From positions 11,160,001 to 11,224,000 of the forward strand of contig NW_027361688.1 in NCBI RefSeq assembly GCF_039654945.1: a DNA stretch of 64,000 bases, written 5' to 3'. Source of the DNA: Dendrobates tinctorius. Lineage: Eukaryota. Below, piece after piece: positions 1-11,989 of the stretch. Position 1 is the first letter of the stretch. Each line of letters opens with the position of its first letter. The notes under the pieces were generated by a model. The model worked only from the letters and a program-made list of their open reading frames with translations, was not told the DNA's origin and made no database searches. Position numbers and translations under genes: made by a program.

Positions 1-88
1 GGGCACGCCGGGCAGAGAGCCGGATCGGGGGCGGAGCTACCCCCGGCCGTGCGCGCGTTGAAAATGCGCTAGTGTGAAACCGGCCTAA
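1..88. mobile_element. Right end of a PIF/Harbinger-like MITE cut by the window edge
   Basis: Ends gcgctagtgtgaaaccggcc+TAA, the same TIR type as the element at 4713-5166. Confidence 0.6.
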
Positions 89-1103
89 GGCAGACCATGT
101 GGCTGGGGGAGGGGCGCTTAACCAAATGTCCCCACTCATCGGCATGTCTCTCTGGCAGGAGGACTCCAGCTGAACTGACTGGAATTTGGTAGGGAATACC
201 TATAGCCTAGGGTCAGTGACCTCACGAAATGGGCGCTCTGGTGAGGTCCAACCCCCCTTCTCTCTCAGTTATAACTTAACTAAAAAAGTTATGATAACCA
301 TATCTTAATGGGGGAAGCTCCAGCTCGTATGAACTCACCAAGGGTATCATGTTTCCCAGTGTAACGAACCCAACAAGAAAACATCAAGAATGCACTAGAT
401 AGGACACTCCATTTGGGAGCAATCCATATCTCAATTTCTGGAAGTCCGAGAATCGTGAAACTTAGGGGTTTAGAAAGCTGGCTTCGTGCCCTTTGCAGAA
501 ATGTGAGTTTCATATCTCTGTCACAAGCGAAGTGTTCGCTAGGCTTCTTTTAATATTTCCTATACCTGTATTCAAGCTTCATGGTTTCAGAACAAAGCAA
601 TGCTTTCCCTTGCAGGGGGGAAGGCTGCGAGAGGAAATGGACGGTTTCATGTTACCAGCAAGCACAGATCTGATAAGGAGGGGGGGTTGCAGTTACATGA
701 CAGGCTCATATCCTCAGTGTGTATCAATGGGAAATTTCTAGAAGGTTCTAGAAACATCATACTTTACTTTAACATACAGATCTTACAGAAATTTTTTCAT
801 TTTACTGTGTGTGTACACTGTGGGGGACATTTCCTTTGTGGGAAGGTACACAAGAGCATCATACTATGGGGAGTATTATATTGTGGAGGGGTGTGTGGGT
901 GGCATCATACAGTGTGGTAGGAATGGTGTGTACATTATACTATGTGTGTGTGGCATTATGGGGGCATCTTACTGTATAACATGCACTGCGGTAACCATGA
1001 ATGTGGTGTCATACTATGTGGGAATACTAATGGGTTTTACTATGAGTAATATTTCTACGTGGGCTTATATACAAGACTCCAGGCTAGCATGAAATACACT
1101 CGC

Positions 1104-2313
1104 TGTGTGGTACTAGCAGGTATGCAGGACACAGTGACGAGGCGCGAGACGGTTTAGTGCTTTTAGTACTAACGTTTATAGGCCTAGAGGTAATTGTTCT
1201 CAGTCGTAGCCTGACCAACCAAAGGGGTAGCAAGAGTTGCCCTCGCAGTTGCTCAATACAAGCAAACACAAACAGATTAGAACACAACTACGTCCGGCGA
1301 AAGCCGGTCACTATAGGGCCGCAGTATGGCCGACTACTGGTCCTCAACTATATAATCAACTTAGCCGTCCTGACGTCCCTCGGCATTCTGGACGGTGGTT
1401 CTTTGTCGTAGCAGCCGCTGGGCCCAGCCGCTGAAGAGTTGACGTAGTCTTCGAGCGTTCCGACGCTCCGGTGACACCGGGGCACCACAGGCCCCCGAGG
1501 AGTCCTAGGATGGATGGCCCGCAGCCCCCGGACTGGGGCAAGCAGCAGCGATGCAGGGTGGCGATTGGCAGGCCACCTAACAGCTGCGACGGGGAATCCG
1601 CGGCAAGCAGCGGCCCAGCCCTTGCCGCGGACCGGAGAGGGACAGTGGTGGCCGCCGACGGCACTGGACTTGCCGCGGCCACGGGTGAGAGCAGGGCGGC
1701 TGCGGGTGGCGGGAGGCCGCAGCCACGGGCTGACGTGGGGTGGCAGCGGCCGCTGGCGACCACGGGCAGGCTGCAGCTGCGGGCTGGGGTGAGGCAGCCG
1801 CGGGTTGAAGCGGGGCAGCGGCTCTCGGACGGTCGTCTGGGCGCCGTCCCTCTGATGTCCTAGGTGAACGTCTCTCCTGGCTCTGGTAAGTCGCTTTGGC
1901 TCTCAGTCGCTCCCACGGTCTCCTGCTTCTGTCCCGGTCTGCTGACTCACAGTGACTAGCGTTCCCTGCCTCTTTTATACTGGCTCCTCCCCCAGCCCAT
2001 CTGTCCATCTCAACGATCCGTTCCTGACCTCTGTCCCCCCCCCGGGAACAGTTTCCCCCGGAACCTAGGTGATGGTCCCCTTGGTTCCGGCCCGGACACT
2101 CGGCTGGGGCCCTTCTTCCCACAGCTGGAGTAGGTGTCCCACTGTGGGTAGAGTGGGGACCCTGAGACAGCAAAGGACTGGGATTGAGGACAAGTGTGGG
2201 GTGAATTCTTGAGGCTTCAGTGAAGAAATATGGAGTTTGGTAGGGGATCTTGGTTTTGTGCTGAAGCCTCGCGAAAGTCAGAAAGGAAGCTATAGGAAGT
2301 ATGTGGACCATCA
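1104..2313 (-). mobile_element. Probable solo LTR with GC-rich core
   Basis: TG..CA-like ends, minus-strand TATA (gtataaaag near 1972-1980) and ataaac near 1175. Layout resembles other LTRs in the window. No TSD found, so boundaries are uncertain. Confidence 0.35.
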
Positions 2314-2378
2314 TTTCAACTTTCGATACATCTTCGGTACATGTTGGATCATCACGAGATAGGAAACATCCAGCACCA

Positions 2379-2570
2379 GCGATCTAATAAAATCCCAGAA
2401 GGCTTTATTGTATATCCATAGACAACCACGTAGACACAGGTACAGTAACCGACGCGTTTTGGATCAGTTGTGATGCTTAATCATAGCATCATCCAAAACG
2501 CATCAGTTACTGAATCTGTTTCTGTATTGTCTTCAATGGATACAAAATAAAGCTTGCTGGGATTTTTTTT
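2379..2570. repeat. Imperfect inverted repeat resembling Penelope-like element ends
   Basis: Arms atcccagaaggctttattgtatatcca...gacgcgttttggat and atccaaaacgcatc...tggatacaaaataaagcttgctgggat. Confidence 0.45.
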
Positions 2571-4543
2571 TATTGTTTTTGCAGAGAACAGCATCCATGA
2601 GGTCTTAGCTGGTGGCTACAAGTGACTTTGCATTGGCCAACAGTATTACGATATGGGGCTAGGGCACCAAACTGAATTTTTGCTTGTGGTAAATCATTGG
2701 TGTGTCTCCATGTAATACAAGATATGCTTGTGATTAACACGTCTAATTTGCATCCAATAAAAGTCTATCTCATAATAACTGGGATTTTCCTACAATTGTA
2801 AGTACTGTTTTCCTTGAACCACACAGAAGTTGTTAAACTTGGCTGTGAAGTCACCCTGGAGCCGTCGTAGGTAACGCGCCAGGAACCTCAGCGTTTGCAG
2901 GAATGTTAGACGAAAATTACATTGTGAAAAAGTTTATATATTTTTTTATTTTTGGTAAATAGCTCACCATGTCTGAAATCCGAGACAGGAACCAGCAGTG
3001 AACGCGGCTCTGAGGTTATCCACTGGATTTGTGGTGTTTGTGTTATTGTACAATCTGGAGGAGTAGGAAATCTCCTGTAATAGATGGAGGTCTAGGAGAA
3101 GATAAATGTGCAATTCTTTAGAAATCTAGGAGTTATGGATATAGACCTTGTATGGTGTCCCTACTAAGAAGTTGTCCAGCTAGAAAAAAAATAAGAGAGT
3201 TGAAAATGGATCCACCGTCTTCTAAAAATTAAGGACTAATGCCACAAGTGCACCTATGTTGTATCCTGAATTGTCAAGGATCGACATCCATTTTTGCCCT
3301 TGACCCAAGAAACATCACAGATGAAGTAAAAGGTTTCCCACCAGCAGAGATCAGACACACATAGACGGAAAGCTAGGCAGGAGGAAGAACGCTGTGGAGA
3401 CCGGCAAAAAGTGTCTGCATCATAGCTAGCTAGTAGTAGGGGTGAGTAGCACATTTACTACATATAGTGATGTATGCCAAGGTTATAGAGAGGGCTACAG
3501 AGGAGCTAATCAGAAGCCTCAGCTTGTACTACTTTTGGTGTAGTTTGGCCTAGATGAAGGAAAATAACTCACCTGAAAGAGAGTAGCACCATTGTAGATA
3601 GAGAGCAAGGACTGCCTTTATAAAGGGGAGCAGAGAGGCTTACTTCTGTAAGTGAAGAGTACGTTTGCCGAAAAAGGAATGGTTAGCTGCCCACAAAGGA
3701 TATAGATATAGCTACACCAGAGGGAGATCTGGAAGCTGATGCCTTTGTTGGTGTCTCAAAGATGGCAAAAACAATGATCCTGAGCGTGATGGCCTGAAAC
3801 GCGTTAACTGTGAGCGTAGGCTGCAGGAGTGTACGAAATTGCCATTCAAGATACAGAAGCACATTGCTGTCAAGAGAGGCAACCAATAAGGAGGCTTTGA
3901 TAAACATTGTGGGAATGTGTGCTGTGGTTCACTGACAGTAACACATAGACTGTGATAAAGTGGAGGAGAAGCTATTATTGCAAGCACAAGCCCACTCATG
4001 TTGCAGCCATCAACCACATTGCCTTTTAGGAGACTGTAACCATCAAGCTCATTGTCTTTTTGTGAGTCATTTTCTGTCTCCTGTGCACTTCTGTCATTAT
4101 TGAGCGGTGAAACTACTCTACCAACAAGTCATTCTATCATATATAACTAAAGTACCGTACCAGCACCCAAAAAACCCTTACTCATTTCTAAGGGGTACTC
4201 GTCAGGATATGGGCATGGGATGCTGTGACTGAAGCACCAAAATTGGTCATAGGCAGGAGAGTTAAAGCTGAAAGAGACCCAGCAGGAGGTTAGACCATCC
4301 AAGGCCCAGTTGAGAGCACATGAAATGGACAGGAGAGGAGACAGAAGAGAGGGGCTGTGATAACCAATACTAGACAGTATGCTATGCTGCATTTAGAGTA
4401 ACACAGAATAAAGGATGAGCTGCTGAGGTGATTGCAAGCAGGCTGTGTAAAGTGTTGCAAGTGAAAGCCAGATGATGTTGCAAGTTGCTTCTTAGGTGAC
4501 TCTGTAACCATTAAGATTGTTGCCAGCCAGGAACAACACAGAG

Positions 4544-5885
4544 TTAGGAGTGGCGGAAGGCACTAAATAAAAAATATAAATAAAGTGCCTTCGCCGCTCG
4601 GGGTCCACCGTGCGGAAGATGGAAAAACCGCAGCTAGTAGATGCAGAGCACTATGGCGGTAATGTGCACAGGGTTTAACTGCACCCAATGTGCACTGTAC
4701 CAAGCTCTGTTAGGCTAGTTTCACACTAGCGTTTATGAGCGCAGCGACGGCCTGCGCACGGCCGCCGCTAAGCCCCGCCCCCTGCCGCGCCTCCGCCGGT
4801 AGCTCCGCCCACCGGTGCATGACGCTGCATGCGCCCTGCGTCCCCTATCTTTATCACAGGGGGCGCAGGCCGTGCGCAGTATGCGTTTGGCGGCGCATGC
4901 ATCCTTTTGACGGTGCGCCGACCTGCGCCAAACGCAACCTGCTGCAGTTTGGTTGCGCCGGCGCACCGTCAAAAAGGCGCATGCACCGCCAAACGCATAC
5001 TGCGCACGGCCTGCGCCCCCAGTGATAAAGATAGGAGACGCAGGGCGCATGCAGCGTCATGCGCCGGTAGGCGGAGCTACCAGCGGAGGCGCGGCAGGGG
5101 GCGGGGCTTAGCGGCGGCCGTGTGCAGGCCGTCGCTGCGCTCATAAACGCTAGTGTGAAACTAGCCTTACACTCACAGAGCTACAGGCAAAAGCATACAC
5201 AAAACACTGAGTCTGTTCAGGGTCACAGAGCCTCAGCGATGCAAACACGGTATTAAGAGTCACAGGAGTAGCATTAGACAACAGGACTACTCCGTCTAGA
5301 CCTACCGTTAAATAAGGTGCGTGGCGTCGCAACAGCGGACGCAGAGGTAAGCTGCAACTGCAGCGCGGCAAGAACTGAGCCACTGGTAAAGCGCTGCAAT
5401 AACGCTGGCGCAATGCAGACGCTAGACTGCTGAGTAAGATGGAGCTAGGCGCGCTGTCGCTACTACTGGCTGGAACCAATCACTCACACAAACGTATTAT
5501 CAGAGGGAAGGGGTTTCTTAATAAGTCATTCACCAGTCCAAGCATCCATCATCAAACATACAGCAGCAAGTATGAAGAATACTAGCGCATGGCGGAAGAG
5601 CCATGAGCGCCTTTTATACTAAACGGGACCTTCCAGAAATCTCCAAGGCTCCAAGAGGAGCCAATAGGATTTGACACAGGACCTGAGCACCTGACTCCCG
5701 AACTCCAAAGGGAGCTCGTCCCATGAGCATGCTCAGTGAAGGGAACAAAGGACTTAGCCTCTGGAGAGAGTTGCCGCAAAGCACTCTCCTCTGCAATCTC
5801 CTCTGCAGCAGATGAAGCGCAGGAGACTACAGAATGTAAGGGTCTAGATTTCAACATAGGAGAGGTAGAAATCTGACTCCTAACA
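4544..5885 (-). mobile_element. Solo LTR related to 54046-54959, interrupted by a MITE
   Basis: Minus-strand start tgttaggagtcagatt matches tgttaggcgtcggatt at 54046. Shares the cacggtggacccc motif and a terminal hairpin. TATA gtataaaagg near 5610-5620. Left end is degraded. Confidence 0.65.
4713..5166. mobile_element. PIF/Harbinger-like MITE, near-perfect 454-bp palindrome
   Basis: TIR ggctagtttcacactagcgtttatgagcgc with TTA duplicated at 4710-4712 and 5167-5169. Arms pair almost to the centre. Confidence 0.9.
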
Positions 5886-5911
5886 CTGAGATGTTGAGTG
5901 CAGAGGCATAA

Positions 5912-7368
5912 TGTCACACACAATGAAGGGAAACTAAGTGCAACAGGAAGGGATAAGGGAAAGGGAACCAATCACTAGGGAAGGAGAAAGTGCAGACTCC
6001 TAACAGATCTAACGTCACCCTGGTCGCCCTTTTGTCCCTATATAAGTTGCTCACCTATCGCCAAGCAGGATACCTAATCCCTGCATGACACTGGTCATAA
6101 GCCCTGCACCAGGAAGGACAGGATGAACGCTAGTCAATCCCCACTACCGCTAAAGACAGCTAGGATAAACGAAACAAGGGAGACACTTAACTTGAGTAGA
6201 CTCAGAGATAAACACCAACGCCCTCCAATCTCCAAAGAGGACGCTAGCCAACTGCTACAGCTCCAAGCCTCAACAGTGTTACGCTCACCTCCTCCCCGGC
6301 GTCTGGCACACTCACCTCCCCGGATCTGGTCCGCTCTGCTGCGTCAGCGGCTGCTGTCCCGACCGCCGCTGTCTCTGCTACCTCTGCCCGGTTCTCTCCA
6401 TCTGCCAATGCCGCGGCTCCACCGCTTGTGGCGTCTTCGGTCCCCGCCACCTCCCGTGCCTCCACGCCGTCTGGGCCTCTCCGGTGCATCCGCTCCTCTC
6501 GCTCCACCCCCTCTGCTGGCACCTGTCAATCATCCTTTCTGCGGCTGGCTCCTGCTCCTTCACACAGGCGTACTGCTAGATACGCCCCCTAGACCTGGCG
6601 TCCTATCTCCTGGTCCCATGGTTCAGCTGCACTCTGACCCGGAAGTTCTCTAGCATGTCCTATATCAGGCAGTCTCACCCTATGCTCACTGCCTGACTAT
6701 CATTTGTGGTATCGGGTCCACGCGCTCCTGCGTTCCTCTTCGTTCCTGCGCTGTCTACCTCTCCGTGGCCTCCGCTGTTCTTCCTGTTTGTGACTTTCCT
6801 GTGTTCCCTCCTAGATCCAGTCCGTTAATGCTTCCATCCTCCTGCTCCTGTGTCTTGTCCTGTTCCGGTTTCTGCCTCCCGCCATTGCCAGTCTCGTCTG
6901 CCGTCCACCACCATTCCCGCAGTCTCAGCAGCCATCCCTGTGGCCGTCATCATCTCTCATCTGGTCGCCTGTATTTCCCTGCCTGCTTACTTACCCAGCT
7001 GTTCCCAGGTATCAGCTTCCGCGGCGATAGTCTCCCTTGGGTCTGCCCCTAATGCTCCCTGTATAGGGGGTGGTCCACCTGGTTCAGCTCTCCCGAGGGA
7101 GGTTCGTCGTCGCGGTCCTGAGGGTTTACTACGGAGGTTCACAATCTCACAAACAGAGAAGTGAATATAGAAAATATCACCCGCAACTCCCAACAGCAAG
7201 TTAGGAGTTATAAACACCAAGATCCAGGTGTGACCATGAGAGCCGGGGTAGGTGGCCACTGGGTCCTAGCATCAGAAGGACCAGGCAGAAGTCTTGAAAG
7301 CAAACTGCTGAGACCTTCTACAGACAGATGCAGTGCAACGGTCTGCAGCCTCTGACACATTCGTGACA
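5912..7368 (-). mobile_element. Solo LTR (related to 53786-55488) carrying a nested solo LTR
   Basis: tgtcac...gtgaca ends with an imperfect TSD cataa/catat. Segment ~6030-6150 resembles the reverse complement of ~55200-55310. Confidence 0.55.
6277..7151 (+). mobile_element. Nested solo LTR
   Basis: tgttacg...ctcaca with perfect 5-bp TSD AACAG (6272-6276 and 7152-7156). Confidence 0.8.
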
Positions 7369-7854
7369 CATATTATGTCAAAATAAAGGAGTGAAGAGAG
7401 GCTTATCCAGGGCCGCACCTATAATGAGGCCATTTGAGCCTGTGGCTCAGGCGGCAGGCAGCAGCTGTGCACAGGGGGCGGCATTCTGCGCTCTGCTACC
7501 AGCAGCACCTACAATTTAGCCTGCACACTGCTGCTGCTGGTAGCGTGCAAAGGCTTGTAATTGATGAGGTCACAGGAGGGAAGGAGTCAGGGCCCCCTGA
7601 TCATGTGACCCCTGACTCCTCCCCTCCTGTGACCTCATCACAAGTCCTGTGCGCATCAGCTCTCAGTCTATTGATCATCTCCGTCCCTGCTCTGCCGCTA
7701 TGTTCTATTCTCTGTCACAGTGACAGGACCTGTGATGAGGTCACATGAGGGGAGGAGTCGAGGTCACATGATCAGGGGCCTCAGTGTAAGCAAGACTCTG
7801 CTGTGCTGGTTGTGTGTGGGGTCAGAAGGGAGTTTACAGGGTGGATGTAGCAAA

Positions 7855-9190
7855 GCTGTGTGTGTACGAGGTGTACGGAGCGGAGCCATGTGTGTACAAG
7901 GTGTACGGAGCAGAGCCATGTGTGTGTGAGGTGTGCGGAGCGGAGTCGCACGTGTGCGAGGTGTACAGAGCCATACGTGTGCTGCGCGTGTGCGAGGTGT
8001 ACGGGGTGGAGCTGTGTGTGTATGGGGCATACAAAACAGAGCCCTGTGTGTACGAAGTGTACGGAGCTGAGTCGTGCGTGTATGGAGCAGAGCAGAGGCG
8101 TGTGTATACGGAGTGGAGTCACGTGTGTATGGAGCGAAGCCGCGTGTGTGCGAGGTGTACGGAGCAAAGCCGCATGTGTACAAGATTTACTGAGTGAAGC
8201 CATGTGTGTACAAGGTGTACAGAGCATGGCCATGTGTGTAAAAGGTGTACTGAGCAGAGCCGCATGTGTGTGAGGTTTACGGAGTGGAGCCATGTGTGTA
8301 CTGAGTGGAGCCGTGTGTGTGCAAGGTGTACAGAGTGGAGCCACGTCTGTACGGAGCAGAGCAGCATGTGTACGGGCTGTACAGAGCGGAGCCGTGTGTG
8401 TACGGAGCGGAGTCGCGTGTGTGCGAGGTGTATGGAGCGGAGCTGCGTGTGTGCGAGGTGTATGAAAGCAAAGTCGCATGTGTACAAGGTTTACCTCGCG
8501 GAGCCATGTGTGTACAAGGAGTACAGAGCGTGGCCACGTGTGTAAAAGGTGTACAGAGCAGAGCCGCATGTGTACTTGGTTTACGGAATGGAGCCATGTG
8601 TGTACTGAGTGGAGCCGTGTGTGCGAGGTGTACAGAGTGGAGCCGCTTGTGTACGAGGTGTGCGGAGCAGCATGAGTACGGGGTGTACAGAGCGGAGCAG
8701 CGTGTGTACGGGGTGTACGGAGTGGAGCTGCGTGTGTACATAGCGGAGCCACGTGTGTACGGGGTGTACGGAGCGGAGTCGCGTGTGTACAGGGTTACAG
8801 AGCGGAGTCGCGTGTGTACGGGGTGTACGGAGCGAAGCCGCGTGTGTAAGGGTTGTACGGAGTGGAGCTCTGTGTGTATGGGACGTACAAAACGGAGCCC
8901 TGTGTGTACAAAGCTGTGAGTATATGGAGCGGAGCAGAGCCATGTGTGTACGGAGTGGAGCCACGTGTGTACAAGGTGTATGGAGCAAAGCCGCATGTGT
9001 ACAAGGTTTACGGAGTGGAGCCATGTGTGTACAAGGTGTACAGAGCGTGGCCACATGTGTAAAAGGTGTACGGAGCAGAGCCGCATGTGTACGAGGTTTA
9101 CGGAGTGGAGCCATTTGTGTGTGAGGCATAAAAAGCGGAACCGTGTGTGTATGAGGTGTGCGGAGCCATACGTGTACAAGGTGTATGGTG
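7855..9190. repeat. Minisatellite, ~30-bp unit (gtgtacggagcggagccatgtgtgtacaag)
   Basis: About 40 degenerate tandem copies. Explains the repetitive ORFs here. Confidence 0.92.
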
Positions 9191-9574
9191 GGGAGCATCC
9201 ATACCTCCCAGCGGGACAGTCCCGATTTTGAGAGAGTCTGCCCCTCTGCCCCGGCCGGGAGCTTACTTTTCCTGTGGACACAGGAGTACACGGCGGAGCC
9301 TCAAGGAGCACTTTAAAACTCGCACGTTCTACCGGAAGTGACGTGCTGGAAGCTGACCACAAATGAGGTAATTTCGGGAGGAGATTGTGACGGAACCATG
9401 GAGGCACTTCAGGGAATGCTTCAGATCCATCACCGTGTCCTCCGACAGCACGGACAGCGGATCGCCTTGGACTCAAGGATGCCGGCCATGTGAGCGATCA
9501 TGATATGTCCTGCATTGGGAGGCTCAGGTGGGCACTACAATGGGAGCCGGGCTACTATAGTATCTTTATAGAAA

Positions 9575-11015
9575 CTTTCTTTCTTTCGCTCTCTGTTCTT
9601 TCTCTCTCTCTCTAATCTTTCTTTTTTCTTTCTCTCTCTCTGTTCTTTCTTTCCTCTCTTTCTCCTTTCTTTCTCTCTGTTCTTTCTTTCTTTCCCCTCT
9701 TCCTTTATCTCTCTCTCTGTTCTTTCTTTCCCCTCTTCCTTTATCTCTCTCTCTGTTCTTTCTTTCTTTCCCCTCTTTCTTTCTCTAATCTTTCTTTCTT
9801 TTTCTCTCTGCTTTTTCTTTCTCTCTCTGTTCTTTCTTTCTCTCTCTCTGTTCTTCCTTTCTCTCTCTCTGTTCTTTCTTTCTCTCTCTGTTCTCTTTCT
9901 TTCCCCTCATTCTTTCTTTCGCTCTCTCTGTTCTTTCTTTCCTCTCTTTTTCTCTCTGTTCTTTCTCTCTCTCTCTGTTTGCTTTCTTTCCCATCTTTCT
10001 TTCCCGTCTTTCTTTCTCTTTCTCTGTTCTTTCTTTCCTCTATTTCTTTCTTTCTCTCTATTCTTTCTTTCCCCTCATTCTTTCTTTCTTTCTTTCTCTT
10101 TCTCTGATTTTTATTTATTTCCCCTCTCTTTCTCTATCCCTCCCTGTTCTTTCTTTCTCCTCTTTCTTTTTTTCTCTCTCTTTGTTCTTTTTTTCTGTCC
10201 ACTCTCTTTCTCTCTCTGTTCTTTTGCTTTCTTTTTTCTTTCTCTCTGTTCTTTCTTTCCCCTCTTTCTTTCTCTCTCTCTGTTCTTTCTTTCCCCTCTT
10301 TGTTCTTTCTTTCGCTCTGTTCTTTCTTTCCCCTCTCTTTCTCTCTGTAATCTTTTTGTTTCTCGCTCTAATCTTTCTTTCTCTCTCTGTTCTTTCTCTC
10401 TCTCTGTTCTTCCTTTCTTTCTCTCTGTTCTTTCTTTCTCTGTTCTCTTTCTTTCTTTCTATTCTTTCTTTCTCTCTCTCTGTTCTTTCTCTCTCTGTTC
10501 ATTCTTTCTTTCTCTTTCTTTCTCTCTGTTCTTTCTTTCCCTTCTTTCTTTTTCTTTCTGTTCTTTCTTTCCCCTCTTTATTTCTCTCTCCCTCTCTGTT
10601 CTTTCTTTCCCCTCTTTCTTTTTTCTCTCTGTTATTTTTTCTGTCCCCTCTTTCTTTCTCTCTCTGTTCTTTCTTTCTTTCCTTCCCCTTTCTTTCTTTC
10701 TCTCTCTGTTGTTTCTTTCTTCCCCCTCTTTCTTTCTTTCTCTGTTCTTTCTTTCCCCTCTTTCTTTTTCTTTCTCTCTGCTCTTTCTTTCCCCTCTTTC
10801 TTTCTCTTTCCCGCTATGTTCTTTCTTTCCCCTCTTTCTTTTTTTCTCTCTCTCTTTTCTTTTTTTCTGTCCCATCTTTCCTACTCTCTGTTTCTTTCTT
10901 TCTTTTTTTCTTTCTCTCTCTGTTCTTTCTTTCCCCTCTTTCTTTGTCTCTCTCTTCTTTCTTTCTTTCTCTCTGTTTTCTTTTTTCTCTCTCTCTGTTC
11001 TTTCTTTATTTTCCT
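9575..11015. repeat. Polypyrimidine (CT-rich) low-complexity tract, ~1.4 kb
   Basis: Degenerate tctctctgttctttctttcccc units. Purines are rare on the plus strand. Confidence 0.95.
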
Positions 11016-11299
11016 CAGTACCAGTCAGTGTGCCCACAGTACCGGTAGAATAAGAGGGGTAGGAAACTAGGTGGCACTGGTCACATTGAGCCTTTCATAC
11101 TTTTTACTGGTGTATAATCATATGCCCTGAGCACCCCCCATAAAGTGGGCCAGCCCCAGACAATAGGGTACAAACAAATCACTATTACTATCAGTCCAAG
11201 TGGACAATTATATACGTAAAGTTAATGATGTCCCTGTGCCAAGCAGTGCGGAGGATCAGAATACACTGAGGAGACCAGAGCAGCGGGGTATGGTGAGAA

Positions 11300-11495
11300 G
11301 AATTATATGGGGCCCATTATGCTGTATGAAGTAATATATGGTGCCCATTATACTGTGTGAAGTAATATATGGGGCCCATTATGGTGTGTGAAGTAATATA
11401 TGGGGCCCAATATACTGTATGGAGCATTATATGGGGCCCATAATACTGTATGCAGTAATATATGGGGCCCAAAATACTGAATGGAGCATTATGTG
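11300..11495. repeat. Short minisatellite, ~32-bp unit (atatggggcccattatactgtatgaagtaat)
   Basis: About 6 tandem copies. Confidence 0.8.
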
Positions 11496-11989
11496 GGGAT
11501 AGGGGATGACTTTCTGTTTGTTGTGGATCTGACCACTGGGACCCCCATGATCCTGGGAAACGTAGCTTTGAAGAGCACCATGTAAATGGAGCTGTGGTCA
11601 ATCATACGCACTGTGGCGCCATTCACATGTGGCTCTTCAAATAACTCCTTTAAGAAAGTGATGAGGGGACGACAAAGTATAGCAAAAATTCACTGATTGG
11701 GGCTGATGAGTTTTATAGTTTGTGGGCTGGTGGGATTTGTGTGGCAGGGCTGCTTTTTTGTCCCAGTCCGGCAGTCCGGCCCTGTGCCAGGCCTACCATT
11801 ACCATTAATGACCCTTGTTCTGGATACTTCTGTGTTGTTCTTGTATGTGCGTGTGATGGCGCTGACATCCTTGTGTTTGGACACCTTTTTAAGTTTTATT
11901 CTCAAGTGCATCATGGCGGGCATGAATTCGCCAGTTCTGCTGTACTTTGCCACTCACCACTGGCCTCAGGTCGTTGATGGACAGTTCAC

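Noticed and set aside
1237-2314. GC-rich island with overlapping ORFs as a host promoter or first exon
   Set aside because: The ORFs are low-complexity with no recognisable domain, and the segment has an LTR-like layout.
4733-5146. Paired near-identical ORFs on opposite strands
   Set aside because: An artefact of the palindromic MITE.
7764-11070. Long ORFs of 200-400 aa (HT/VC-rich, F/S/L-rich, K/E/R-rich)
   Set aside because: Translations of a minisatellite and the CT tract, open in several frames on both strands with no domain content.
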